DNA of 64,000 nucleotides from Candidatus Xenobia bacterium (lineage in GTDB: Bacteria; Vulcanimicrobiota; Xenobia; Xenobiales; QWHO01), in the NCBI GenBank assembly GCA_045863235.1, contig BTUM01000005.1, positions 58,912-122,911 of the forward strand. Reading direction: 5' to 3'. Positions 1 through 8,351 of the stretch are shown piece after piece. The position numbers were made by a program, and so were the translations under genes. Every line of letters begins with the position of its first letter. The stretch's first letter is position 1. The notes under the pieces are model-generated. The model searched no databases. It worked only from the letters and a program-made list of their open reading frames with translations, and had not been told where the DNA came from.

Positions 1-107
1 CCACCAGGATGCGGTGCATCACCGCGATCTGGCCGGCCGGACCGCCGAAGCTCTGGGCCGCCACCCGGGCCCAGACCCGGGTCGCTTCGGCGAAGGTTAC
101 GTGCAAC

Positions 108-806
108 TCAGTTGCGATGAACGAAGCGACTGCGCTCCATCATCTTGTGGAAGTCCACCTGGTAGTACAGGCAGTCGCCGTGGGCCGAGAACAGCATGTG
201 GATGTGGTAGTCGAGCTCGCGCACCAGGCGCTGGACGCGGTCGATGCTCTCGAGCTTGGTCTCGGTGGGCACCAGGGCGTTGCAGTCGCGCAGGTCGCCT
301 ACCACCCAGTCGCCGGTGATCATGGCGCCCTTGAAGATGATCAGATGATCGCTCCAGCTGTGTTTGGGCGCATACAGGATATGCAGCGGCTCGCCACCCA
401 GGTCGCCGCTCCAGATCTCGCCGTCGAAGAGCTGATCGAAGATGGAGAAGCGCCCCGCCGCCCAGTCCTCGAAAGGAAAGCCGGGGGTGCGCGAGAGCAT
501 CCAGGCCATGCCCCGGTCGTCCATCAGCGAGCGATGCCCCACGAAGTGAGCGCTGGGGAACCAGCTGCGAAAGTGGGGCAGGGTCTGGGCATGATCGCGG
601 TGAGCGTGGCTGAGCAGGCCATACTTGACCCGCAGCTTGCGCTTGCGGGTGAACGACTCGGCCCGCTGGTAGGGCGGACGCTCGCCGCTGGAATAGGGCG
701 GCATGTCCACCACCGCGGCCTCGCCGTTGTGCTCGAGCACCCAGCAAGCGTTCTTGTGGGGGCCGTAGCGCTTCAAGATGGTATATCCGGGGGCGATCTG
801 CTTCAT
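108..806 (-). CDS. MBL-fold metallo-hydrolase
   Basis: 232-aa ORF with SHAHRDH (HxHxDH-type) motif and downstream His/Asp ligands typical of the metallo-beta-lactamase fold. Amino-acid composition is coherent, unlike the overlapping + strand ORF 9..923. Confidence 0.75.
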   Translation of the reverse strand: MKQIAPGYTILKRYGPHKNACWVLEHNGEAAVVDMPPYSSGERPPYQRAESFTRKRKLRVKYGLLSHAHRDHAQTLPHFRSWFPSAHFVGHRSLMDDRGMAWMLSRTPGFPFEDWAAGRFSIFDQLFDGEIWSGDLGGEPLHILYAPKHSWSDHLIIFKGAMITGDWVVGDLRDCNALVPTETKLESIDRVQRLVRELDYHIHMLFSAHGDCLYYQVDFHKMMERSRFVHRN

Positions 807-816
807 GATCGAGTTC

Positions 817-1089
817 TCAGTTTTCGTGGGTCATGTGGCGGATCAGGCCGAGCGCCTCCATGTAGGCGTGCAGGGTGGTCTCCTGCTCCTCGCGGTCTTC
901 CTGGTCCATTTTGCGGAACTTGATCACCTGCTTGAGGGCGTTGATGTCCAGCCCCTCGAGCTTGGCCTGGGCGAAAGTCTCGCGCAGCGCGGCCGCGATG
1001 GCGGTCTTTTCTTCCTCCAGGGATTCGATCCGTTGCACGTAGCGGGTCAGTTGCTCGGTGAGGCTTTCGACGTTCAAGACGACGGCCAT
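817..1089 (-). CDS. DUF2312 / GapR-like small DNA-binding protein
   Basis: 90-aa protein. The motif string RIESLEEEK...AKLEGLDINALKQVIKFRKMD..EDREEQETTLHAYMEALG matches the conserved GapR/DUF2312 pattern (R.ERLE.EK...AK..GFD.K.L..V...RK.D......E...Y..A.G). It sits 11 bp after the upstream MBL gene start. Confidence 0.7.
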   Translation of the reverse strand: MAVVLNVESLTEQLTRYVQRIESLEEEKTAIAAALRETFAQAKLEGLDINALKQVIKFRKMDQEDREEQETTLHAYMEALGLIRHMTHEN

Positions 1090-1215
1090 GGTCTGTTCCT
1101 CCTGGGCCCGGCCTGTGTGTTTCAGCGACGACAGGAGTGGTCGACGAATTTTTCGCTGGCCGGCGGCCGGGTGGTATTTTCTTCAACACCCGCGTTCCCT
1201 GCCGGACAGGAGTTC

Positions 1216-1246
1216 GATTTTGCGCCGGATCACACCGGAACGTGGC
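1216..1246. repeat. 31-bp motif gattttgcgccggatcacaccggaacgtggc (copy 1), ~85 bp upstream of CDS 1331..1828
   Basis: Near-identical copy at 5063..5093 (1 mismatch). Confidence 0.7.
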
Positions 1247-1330
1247 TCGGTAACAAAGAGTTCACAGCTTTTACAAATCTGCAATCGAATGTCTCCAGAA
1301 TGTACAGGCGCGGAACGGTATCATAGAGCC

Positions 1331-1828
1331 ATGGTCTCCGCTACCATCGTGGCTCAGCCTTACCAGTCCACCACTCTCGAGTTGCCGGGCGGGCGCGCCT
1401 TCACCGTGGCTGGCAACGGGGCCATCGAGCCCGAGTTGCTCGAATTGACAACTCGCCAGGACGGCCTGATCACCTCCATCCTGGATGAGCGGGTGGTCAA
1501 CCTGCTCAGCTTCGAGGCTGATACGCCGGGGAGCGAATGGAGGACGGGGCGGGATGCCTCTTTATCGGCCTCGTTCTACCTGCCTTCCGACCCCAGACGG
1601 ATCCGCGAGAACCCCCGGCAGGTGGTGGACGCCTCCTGGGAGCGGCGCGAGGTCAGGCTGATCACCAACCTCAATGATAACAACCTGCAACGGCACGAGA
1701 TTCAGGCTTCGTTCGACGACTGCGGGCGCATCATTCCCGAGACGGTGCGAGCCTCGATCTCGGTGGTGGTAGAGGACAACGAGTACTTCCTGGCTGGCGG
1801 CCAACGCTATGATGGCGCCACGCGCTGA
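1331..1828 (+). CDS. hypothetical protein
   Basis: Internal ATG at 1331 of ORF 1058..1828. Non-repetitive composition. The C-terminal motif GGQRYDGATR* and an upstream 31-bp motif are both duplicated near 5063-5145. Confidence 0.5.
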   Translation: MVSATIVAQPYQSTTLELPGGRAFTVAGNGAIEPELLELTTRQDGLITSILDERVVNLLSFEADTPGSEWRTGRDASLSASFYLPSDPRRIRENPRQVVDASWERREVRLITNLNDNNLQRHEIQASFDDCGRIIPETVRASISVVVEDNEYFLAGGQRYDGATR

Positions 1829-2193
1829 GGACTGAGGGCTCGGATCTCGGGATTCGTTTGGCCGCGATTGAGCGCTGGAGCTTGACCGAGCGCTGGTTTG
1901 CAGTGCCCGGGGGACGATGTCGCCGGCCTGTCGAACCCTCCCCCTATATGGCTCAACCCCCTGACCCCCGGGTGGCCGGCACCCTGGAGCAGCATCCCTG
2001 GCAGAGCGGCCCTGGCGTGGTCAGCTCGCTGCAGGACCGGATGGTCGACTCCGAGTCCACGCGTTGAGCGTTTCGTGCTGAACATTTCCTGCGGTTCGAA
2101 AGCTCCTCACTGGCAGAGCCGGCTCTGCATTGAAGGCAAGCAGATGCTCGGGTCGATAGCCGGGCCCGAGAACGGAAAGCAACGAGGAGGACC

Positions 2194-3864
2194 ATGACTG
2201 CCGAGATCATCTACACCAACGGGGACATCGTAACCGTGACCGGCCCCGAGGCCGAGGCTCTGGCCGTGGGTGGGGGCAAGATCTTGGCCGTCGGGTCGCG
2301 CGACGAGGTGATGAAGCTGAAAGGGCCGGACACCGAGGTGGTGGACCTGCGGGGACACACACTCTGTCCCGGATTCGTGGACGGCCACAGCCACTTCATG
2401 AATGCCCCCCAGATCGTGACCTGGGCCAATGTCTCGCCGGCCCCGGTGGGCCCGGTGCACGGGGTGGCCGACATCGTGGCTGCTCTCAAGGCCCACGTCG
2501 AGAAGCACCACCCCGCCAAAGGCGAGTGGATCATCGGCTACGGGTACGACGGCAACGAGCTCTCCGAGAGGCGCGAGCTGAACGTGGACGACCTCGATCC
2601 CAACTTCCCCGATAACCCTGTCTTGTTGATCCACGTTTCCAACCACGGAGCGGTGCTCAATACGGCCGCCCTTCGGCACTTCAACATCACCGCCGACACC
2701 CCCACCCCGCCCAGCGGCATCATCTTGCGTAAGCCGTGCAGCCAGGAGCCCGCCGGGCTCATCATGGAGACCGCCTTCTTGCCCGTCTTCGCCAAGCTTC
2801 CGAAGCCCAATGAGTCTGAGCTGCTCGACCGTTTCGAAGACGCTCAGCAGACCTATGCCAGTTGCGGTGTCACCACGGCGGTGGAAGGCATGACCGTGAG
2901 CGGCGACTTGAAGATTCTGCAGAAGGCTGCCGAGCAGGGCCGTCTCTACCTCGACGTGGTCTCATACGTCATGATCCTGGAGTTGGAAGAGATCCTCAAT
3001 GACAATCCCCCGGAGACGTTCGGCAAATATCACAACCGACTCAAGCTGGGCGGCGCTAAGGCTATGAGCGACGGCTCCCCGCAGGGGCGCACGGCCTTCT
3101 TTACCCAACCCTACCTGACGGGTGGGCCCAACGGCCAGGAGAACTGGCGGGGCGAGCCGACTCTGCCGCCCGAGACCTTCAAAGCGATGCTCAAGCTGGC
3201 CTATGACAACGGCTTGCACGTGCATTGCCACTCTAACGGCGATGCCGCAATCGACATGTTCTTGATGGCCCACGAGTACGCCGCCGGTGACGACCCGGGC
3301 GCCGATCGGCGCAGCACCGTCATCCATTCGCAGTTCGTGCGCAAAGATCAGCTGGAGAAATATGTCCGCTACAAGATCATCCCCTCGTTCTACACCGAGC
3401 ATACCTTCCTGTTCGCGGACGCCCACATGCGGAACCTGGGACCCGAGCGCACTCACTTCCTCAGCCCCATGAAGACGGCTCTCGAGATGGGGCTGCACTG
3501 CACCAACCACACCGACTACAGCGTGGCGCCCCTGAACCAGCTTTGGACGATGTGGTCGGCCGTCAACCGCTTATCTCGGTCAGGCGAGGTGATCGGCCCC
3601 GACGAGCGGGTTACACCCCTGCAGGCTTTGCGCGCCATCACCATCGAGGGGGCTTATCAGCACGGCGAGGAGGCCACCAAAGGCTCGCTGGAGGTCGGCA
3701 AGCTGGCCGATCTGGTTATCTTGAGCGCCAACCCTCTCAAGGTGGAGCCCAATGCCATCAAAGACATCCAGGTACTGCAGACCATCAAGGAAGGCCGGAG
3801 CATCTTCCGGGCCGAGGCCCTGACAGCGGCCCGGGCCAGGAGCGCAGCCGGAACCCCCCCTTGA
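2194..3864 (+). CDS. amidohydrolase-family metal-dependent hydrolase (Amidohydro_3-like)
   Basis: 556 aa. N-terminal TNGDIVT...ILAVG...LCPGFVDGHSHF metal-binding HxH motif. Later HCHSNGDAAID and C-terminal ADLVILSANPL motifs are typical of the amidohydrolase 3 family. Confidence 0.85.
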   Translation: MTAEIIYTNGDIVTVTGPEAEALAVGGGKILAVGSRDEVMKLKGPDTEVVDLRGHTLCPGFVDGHSHFMNAPQIVTWANVSPAPVGPVHGVADIVAALKAHVEKHHPAKGEWIIGYGYDGNELSERRELNVDDLDPNFPDNPVLLIHVSNHGAVLNTAALRHFNITADTPTPPSGIILRKPCSQEPAGLIMETAFLPVFAKLPKPNESELLDRFEDAQQTYASCGVTTAVEGMTVSGDLKILQKAAEQGRLYLDVVSYVMILELEEILNDNPPETFGKYHNRLKLGGAKAMSDGSPQGRTAFFTQPYLTGGPNGQENWRGEPTLPPETFKAMLKLAYDNGLHVHCHSNGDAAIDMFLMAHEYAAGDDPGADRRSTVIHSQFVRKDQLEKYVRYKIIPSFYTEHTFLFADAHMRNLGPERTHFLSPMKTALEMGLHCTNHTDYSVAPLNQLWTMWSAVNRLSRSGEVIGPDERVTPLQALRAITIEGAYQHGEEATKGSLEVGKLADLVILSANPLKVEPNAIKDIQVLQTIKEGRSIFRAEALTAARARSAAGTPP

Positions 3865-3947
3865 CGCGGCATATCGTGCCGGTCCGGCCGCCCACAGCAC
3901 TTTGTGGTGGCGGAGGCTCCCTTCGATACAACAGGGGACTTCCTTTG

Positions 3948-4886
3948 TCAGGAGGCCTTATCGAGCAGTTCCATGTCCTCCGGGCTCAGCTTGAGCTCGA
4001 CGGCTTTGAGCAGTTCGCTGAGTTGGTCCAGGTTGGACGCGCTGGCGATTGGCGCCGTCACTCCCGGTCGGTCCATCAGCCAGGCCAGCGAAATCTGAGC
4101 CAGAGTCGCCCCGGTGCGGGCCGAGACATCGTCTAAGGCTTTCAGGACTCGCTGGCCGCGCTCTCCCAGGTAGCCCTTGAGCATTCGACCCCTCACGCTC
4201 TTGCCCAGGTCGGCCTCGGTGCGGTACTTGCCGGTCAGAAAGCCGCTGGCCAGAGAGTAGTAGCCGAAAACCCCGAGACCTTCTCGTTGGCACAGGGGTA
4301 GCAGATCTGCTTCGATACTCCGCTCCATGAGGCTGTACTGGGGTTGGAGAGCCTGGTAACGAGGCAGGGAGTTCTTTCGGCTCACCTCCAGTGCCTGCTG
4401 CAGGCGCTCGGCAGTGAAGTTGGAGGCCCCGATGTAGCGTACTTTACCCTGCTGTATCAAATCAGCGTAGGCCTGCAGGGTCTCTTCCACGGGTGTCTCG
4501 GGATCGTCGTGATGGGAGAGGTAGAGGTCGATATAGTCGGTCTTGAGCCGGCTCAGAGATGCTTCAACGGCCTGCTGGATGTATGCGGCCGACAGCCCCT
4601 TGCCACCCGGCATCGGTCCCCCCACCTTGGTGACCAGCACCACCTGGTCTCGGTTCCTGCGGGCGGCCAACCAGTCCCCCAGCACCCTCTCGGAGTCACC
4701 ACCTGTCGAGCCTGGCTGCCAGCGGGCGTAGACATCGGCCGAATCGATGAAATTGAAGCCCGCCCCCAGAAAGGCGTCGAGCAAACGAAAGGAGGTCTCC
4801 GCGTCGACCGTCCAGCCGAGCACGTTGCCGCCGAAGCAGAAGGGGGAGACTTCAAGGTCGGAGTGGCCGAGAGGACGCTTTTTCAC
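3948..4886 (-). CDS. aldo/keto reductase
   Basis: 312 aa. FNFIDSADVY, KVRYIGASNF and LAWLM motifs are characteristic of AKR family oxidoreductases. Confidence 0.9.
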   Translation of the reverse strand: MKKRPLGHSDLEVSPFCFGGNVLGWTVDAETSFRLLDAFLGAGFNFIDSADVYARWQPGSTGGDSERVLGDWLAARRNRDQVVLVTKVGGPMPGGKGLSAAYIQQAVEASLSRLKTDYIDLYLSHHDDPETPVEETLQAYADLIQQGKVRYIGASNFTAERLQQALEVSRKNSLPRYQALQPQYSLMERSIEADLLPLCQREGLGVFGYYSLASGFLTGKYRTEADLGKSVRGRMLKGYLGERGQRVLKALDDVSARTGATLAQISLAWLMDRPGVTAPIASASNLDQLSELLKAVELKLSPEDMELLDKAS

Positions 4887-5062
4887 GAGGCCTGGACTTC
4901 GCCTGGAACGGGAGATTCCCCTGGCTTTCCTAAAGCGGGCTCACCCGGTAAACGCAGCTTTTCAAAGGCAACGCTCGATGAACCACCGTCCACAGATCGA
5001 GCGAGCGCAAGAGCTCGCACCGGCAACTCTGTTGGGTAGCAGGAAATTCAGCTCGATAGTTG

Positions 5063-5093
5063 GATTTTGCGCCGGATCAGACCGGAACGTGGC
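5063..5093. repeat. 31-bp motif copy 2, followed at 5104..5145 by a relic copy of the 3' end of CDS 1331..1828
   Basis: Position 5063-5093 matches 1216-1246. Position 5104-5145 (tacttgccggccgatggccagcgctacgacggcgcccgctga) aligns with 1784-1828 (tacttcctggctggcggccaacgctatgatggcgccacgcgctga). Confidence 0.7.
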
Positions 5094-5190
5094 CCACATC
5101 GGGTACTTGCCGGCCGATGGCCAGCGCTACGACGGCGCCCGCTGAGAGATACCCGGGAGGGGAGCCCAGCTCGCCGCGGAATTCGGCTCG

Positions 5191-6636
5191 ATGCGCCACC
5201 TCCTCATGCTCGTTCTCGCCCTCCTTCCTCTGGCAGCCTGCGGTGGAGCGGACAGCCTTCCCGCCCCGGTTGAGCCGCCGGCGGTCTCAGTCGTGGAGCT
5301 GCGTTTCTCGCTGGCCCGGCGCGCCATCCCGGCCGGGGTCACGCAGCTTCGTTTCACGGGTTTTGACGGCAACGAGCTGCTCTCATTCGGCGATGTGACC
5401 CACCCCAAAGCCGAAGTGATCCGGCTGCGTGACGTTCCTTCCAGCGTCGCCTTTCTCACTATCGAGTACCTGGCCGGCGAGCGGGCTCAGGGCCGTGGCT
5501 CGGTCTCGGTACAGCTTTCTCCTGACCAGACGACCATCGTCGAGGACCCGCCCTTTCAAGACGTCCAGCCTCAAGCTCTGGGGGTGAACTTCAACGGGCT
5601 GCTGGCCACCATCGACCTGAGCGACCTCGAGCGCACCCGCACCCGCTGGATCCGGTGCTTTGTCGACTACTTCGAATGGCAGCAGAACCCCTCGTCCTTC
5701 GAGTCGGGTTTTCAAAAGCTGCGGCAAGCCCACCAGGCCGGTTACCTCGTCATTGTCAACCTGAAGTTCAACTTCGAGGGCAAGCTCTTTCCGATGGGTC
5801 CCCTGGAGACCGAGCAGTTGCTGCAAGACGTACCGGCTCTGCTGGACAAGGTCTACTCCAACTGCGACATCCTGGTGATCGGCAACGAGCCCTTCATCGA
5901 GTCCCAGAAGGGCGTGCAGCGGGGCGAGCCCCTCATTGCCTTTTATCAGGCCGCGGCCTTGAAGGTGAAGGCCTACTGGGACCGGCAACAGCACCAGGTC
6001 CCTCTCTATCTGGGAGCCTACGACAGCATCTGGAAGAGTGAGCCCTGGCAGCAGCAGGCCGAACCTCTGCTCGAATTTACCCGCAAGCAGCGCTGGCTCC
6101 AGGGGGCCGACCTGCATCTGCACCAGACCGAGAACGTCGACATCGACGAAGCCTTCCGCTTCGTCCAGCCCCGGCTGCGCAAAGACCAGAGCATTCTCAT
6201 CACGGAGTTCTCCCAGGTCAACTATTACCTGGAGTTCAACCAGGACTTCATCCCTGCCAGCCTGATCTTGCAGTACGGCCGGCCCGACGACTGGTTCGTC
6301 TACAATTACCTCAATTACGCCCTGGGGAACCCGGTTAGCCTCCAGGAGTGGACCACCTTCCTCAAGGACAGCCCCTGGTTTGAAAGTAAGAAAGACTACC
6401 TCAACGTGGCCTGGGGCAAGTTTCAGGCCCATCCGCAGGTCGCGGTGGCGACCTACGGCATGTACCAGAGCTGCCCGCCGCAGTTCACGAAGTCTGATCA
6501 GCCCTGGATCCTCAACCCGCTGTTCGCCAACCAGACCGTCGTGCTCGACCCGGACCCCCAGCCCAACTACCCGTTTTTCGAGCAGTTCCTGGCCATCCAG
6601 GCCGCGCTGGACGCCCGGGCGAGCTCGATCAAGTAA
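5191..6636 (+). CDS. lipoprotein, putative clan GH-A glycoside hydrolase-like TIM-barrel
   Basis: Signal peptide plus lipobox (LLPLAAC). The ILVIGNEP motif resembles the catalytic NEP motif of GH5/GH26-type hydrolases. The family assignment is tentative. Confidence 0.65.
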   Translation: MRHLLMLVLALLPLAACGGADSLPAPVEPPAVSVVELRFSLARRAIPAGVTQLRFTGFDGNELLSFGDVTHPKAEVIRLRDVPSSVAFLTIEYLAGERAQGRGSVSVQLSPDQTTIVEDPPFQDVQPQALGVNFNGLLATIDLSDLERTRTRWIRCFVDYFEWQQNPSSFESGFQKLRQAHQAGYLVIVNLKFNFEGKLFPMGPLETEQLLQDVPALLDKVYSNCDILVIGNEPFIESQKGVQRGEPLIAFYQAAALKVKAYWDRQQHQVPLYLGAYDSIWKSEPWQQQAEPLLEFTRKQRWLQGADLHLHQTENVDIDEAFRFVQPRLRKDQSILITEFSQVNYYLEFNQDFIPASLILQYGRPDDWFVYNYLNYALGNPVSLQEWTTFLKDSPWFESKKDYLNVAWGKFQAHPQVAVATYGMYQSCPPQFTKSDQPWILNPLFANQTVVLDPDPQPNYPFFEQFLAIQAALDARASSIK

Positions 6637-6695
6637 GTAGTAGGCCCCTTTCAGCCATCCAGGGCTACACTGGGCTCAAGGTCCGCTCCCAGGAG

Positions 6696-8351
6696 CTACT
6701 TCTCCGACAGTCTTCCCAGCAAGCGCAGCTCATCGCTCAGCGCCACCACGTCCACCAGCTCGAGCGAGCGCAGCAGCTCTCGCACCGGCAGCCTGTTGGG
6801 CAGCAGGAAATCCAGCTCGAGCACGCTCAGCCCCGCCAGGGTGCGAGTCCGGATGGCCTCCTGCTCGGGGAGACTGCGCTCGAGGATGTGGGGCGAGAGA
6901 AACTCGAGCGATTCGATGTTGGGCTTGAGGCGAATGTGCCCGCCCTGGCCGCTCAACAGGGTGGCCGTGCCCTGCAGGCGGGCGCCCGGCTCGTCCCCCT
7001 GGAACAGGCCCGCCAGCTTCCAGTGCACGTTCACCACCGAGTCCAGAATGCGAAACAGCCCGTTCTCGTAACGCAGCGACAGAGAGGTGAGGATCACGTC
7101 CGTCACCTCCAGTTTGAACAAGAGCACCTGCTGCGACATGCGCAGGTTCTTGGGGATGGGGCGCTTGATGGGCAGAAGGCCGGGCACGTTCCGCTCCAGG
7201 GCCGTGTTGACGGCCTCGGGCGAGAGGGCCACCACGAACTCGTGCCCGTTCAGTCGATTGGCCAGCAGGTTGGGACCCGAAGCCTGCTCCACGACCGGTC
7301 CGGCCACCGACAGGAATCCGGTGCGCCGGTCGCCGGTGGGGACGGTCCAGACCCCCAGCTGATCCGACGAGCTGAGAATTCCGCTGCGGTCCAGGTCGGG
7401 GGCGTAGGCCCCGGGCACCGGCAGGCTGACCCCCGTGCCCAGTTGCTGGGCCAGGATCGTCTGCAGCCCGGCCGTCCAGCCCGGGGGCACGGGCAGGTGC
7501 AGGGGCCGGATGAGGCGCATCTCCAGCGTGTTGGGCACCAGCTCGACGCGCAACTGCCCCCGAGAAAAGCGCGGCTCGACAACCACCCCCCACTCGCCCT
7601 CCGTTTCGCCCAGGCTCTTGCCCTGAAAGAAGACGGCGCCTTTCACCAGGCCAAAGAAGCGCAGCTGGCCCGGGCCGCAATCGAGCAGGGTGGCTCCGAT
7701 GCGCGAGACCTCAAAGCGGGTGCTCTGGGAGGGGTCGCTCCAGGAGAGCTGCTTCTTGTGGGTGGCCAGGAATGCCTGGAGACAGCGGTTCAGAAAGGTC
7801 TCCGAGAGCTGACAGATGACCCGTACCGGGCCAGCCTGGGCCATCGGAGGGTCGGTCTGGGCGAACAGCGGGTCATACAGGGTTCCGTCCACGTAGTTTC
7901 CGGTCAGGGTGAACTGCGCGAGAGCGCTGAACTGTTGCCAGGCGGCCTCCTCCTCGGGGGTCTCCAGGGCCAGCCGGGCCGAAATCTTGCCGTCCAGCAG
8001 CACGGTAGGAGGGTCGGAAGAAACCACCGTGGCCTGCATGCGCCCCCGCCACAGCTCCTGCCCGGTCACCGGCAGGGCGGTGGGGCGGGAGCCGAGCGGA
8101 CCGGACAGGCGCACCCGGTCGCCCGCGAAGTCCCCCCGCAGGCGCACCCGGGTGCCGCTGCCGAGCAGACCCAGCAGGGTAGGGTCTCCCTCCACCACCC
8201 AGCGTCGGGTGCGGGGGACGGTGTAGTCGAACGAGGGCGAGATCTCGGCCTCGGTGCTCAGAAGGCCGCGGTGCAGCACCACCAGCCGGCGCTCCTCGGC
8301 CAGAGCGGGCACGCCCAGCATGACGATCAGGACGAGGAGGATTCGCGCCAT
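6696..8351 (-). CDS. secreted hypothetical protein, last gene of the kinase/FHA-ABC operon
   Basis: Only the C-terminal 551 aa of the 906-aa ORF 6696..9416 is plausible. It starts MARILLVLIVMLGVPALA (signal peptide). The start overlaps the stop of the FHA-ABC gene by 25 bp. Confidence 0.6.
   Translation of the reverse strand: MARILLVLIVMLGVPALAEERRLVVLHRGLLSTEAEISPSFDYTVPRTRRWVVEGDPTLLGLLGSGTRVRLRGDFAGDRVRLSGPLGSRPTALPVTGQELWRGRMQATVVSSDPPTVLLDGKISARLALETPEEEAAWQQFSALAQFTLTGNYVDGTLYDPLFAQTDPPMAQAGPVRVICQLSETFLNRCLQAFLATHKKQLSWSDPSQSTRFEVSRIGATLLDCGPGQLRFFGLVKGAVFFQGKSLGETEGEWGVVVEPRFSRGQLRVELVPNTLEMRLIRPLHLPVPPGWTAGLQTILAQQLGTGVSLPVPGAYAPDLDRSGILSSSDQLGVWTVPTGDRRTGFLSVAGPVVEQASGPNLLANRLNGHEFVVALSPEAVNTALERNVPGLLPIKRPIPKNLRMSQQVLLFKLEVTDVILTSLSLRYENGLFRILDSVVNVHWKLAGLFQGDEPGARLQGTATLLSGQGGHIRLKPNIESLEFLSPHILERSLPEQEAIRTRTLAGLSVLELDFLLPNRLPVRELLRSLELVDVVALSDELRLLGRLSEK

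Noticed and set aside
9-923. 304-aa + strand ORF (and nested 14..319)
   Set aside because: Antisense to the MBL-fold gene. Arg/Ala/Gly-rich low-complexity translation typical of high-GC off-frame ORFs.
1216-1246. 31-bp motif as a sigma-54 promoter (ggaacgtggc...)
   Set aside because: No TGGCAC-N5-TTGCA spacing can be fitted. Kept only as an unclassified repeated motif.
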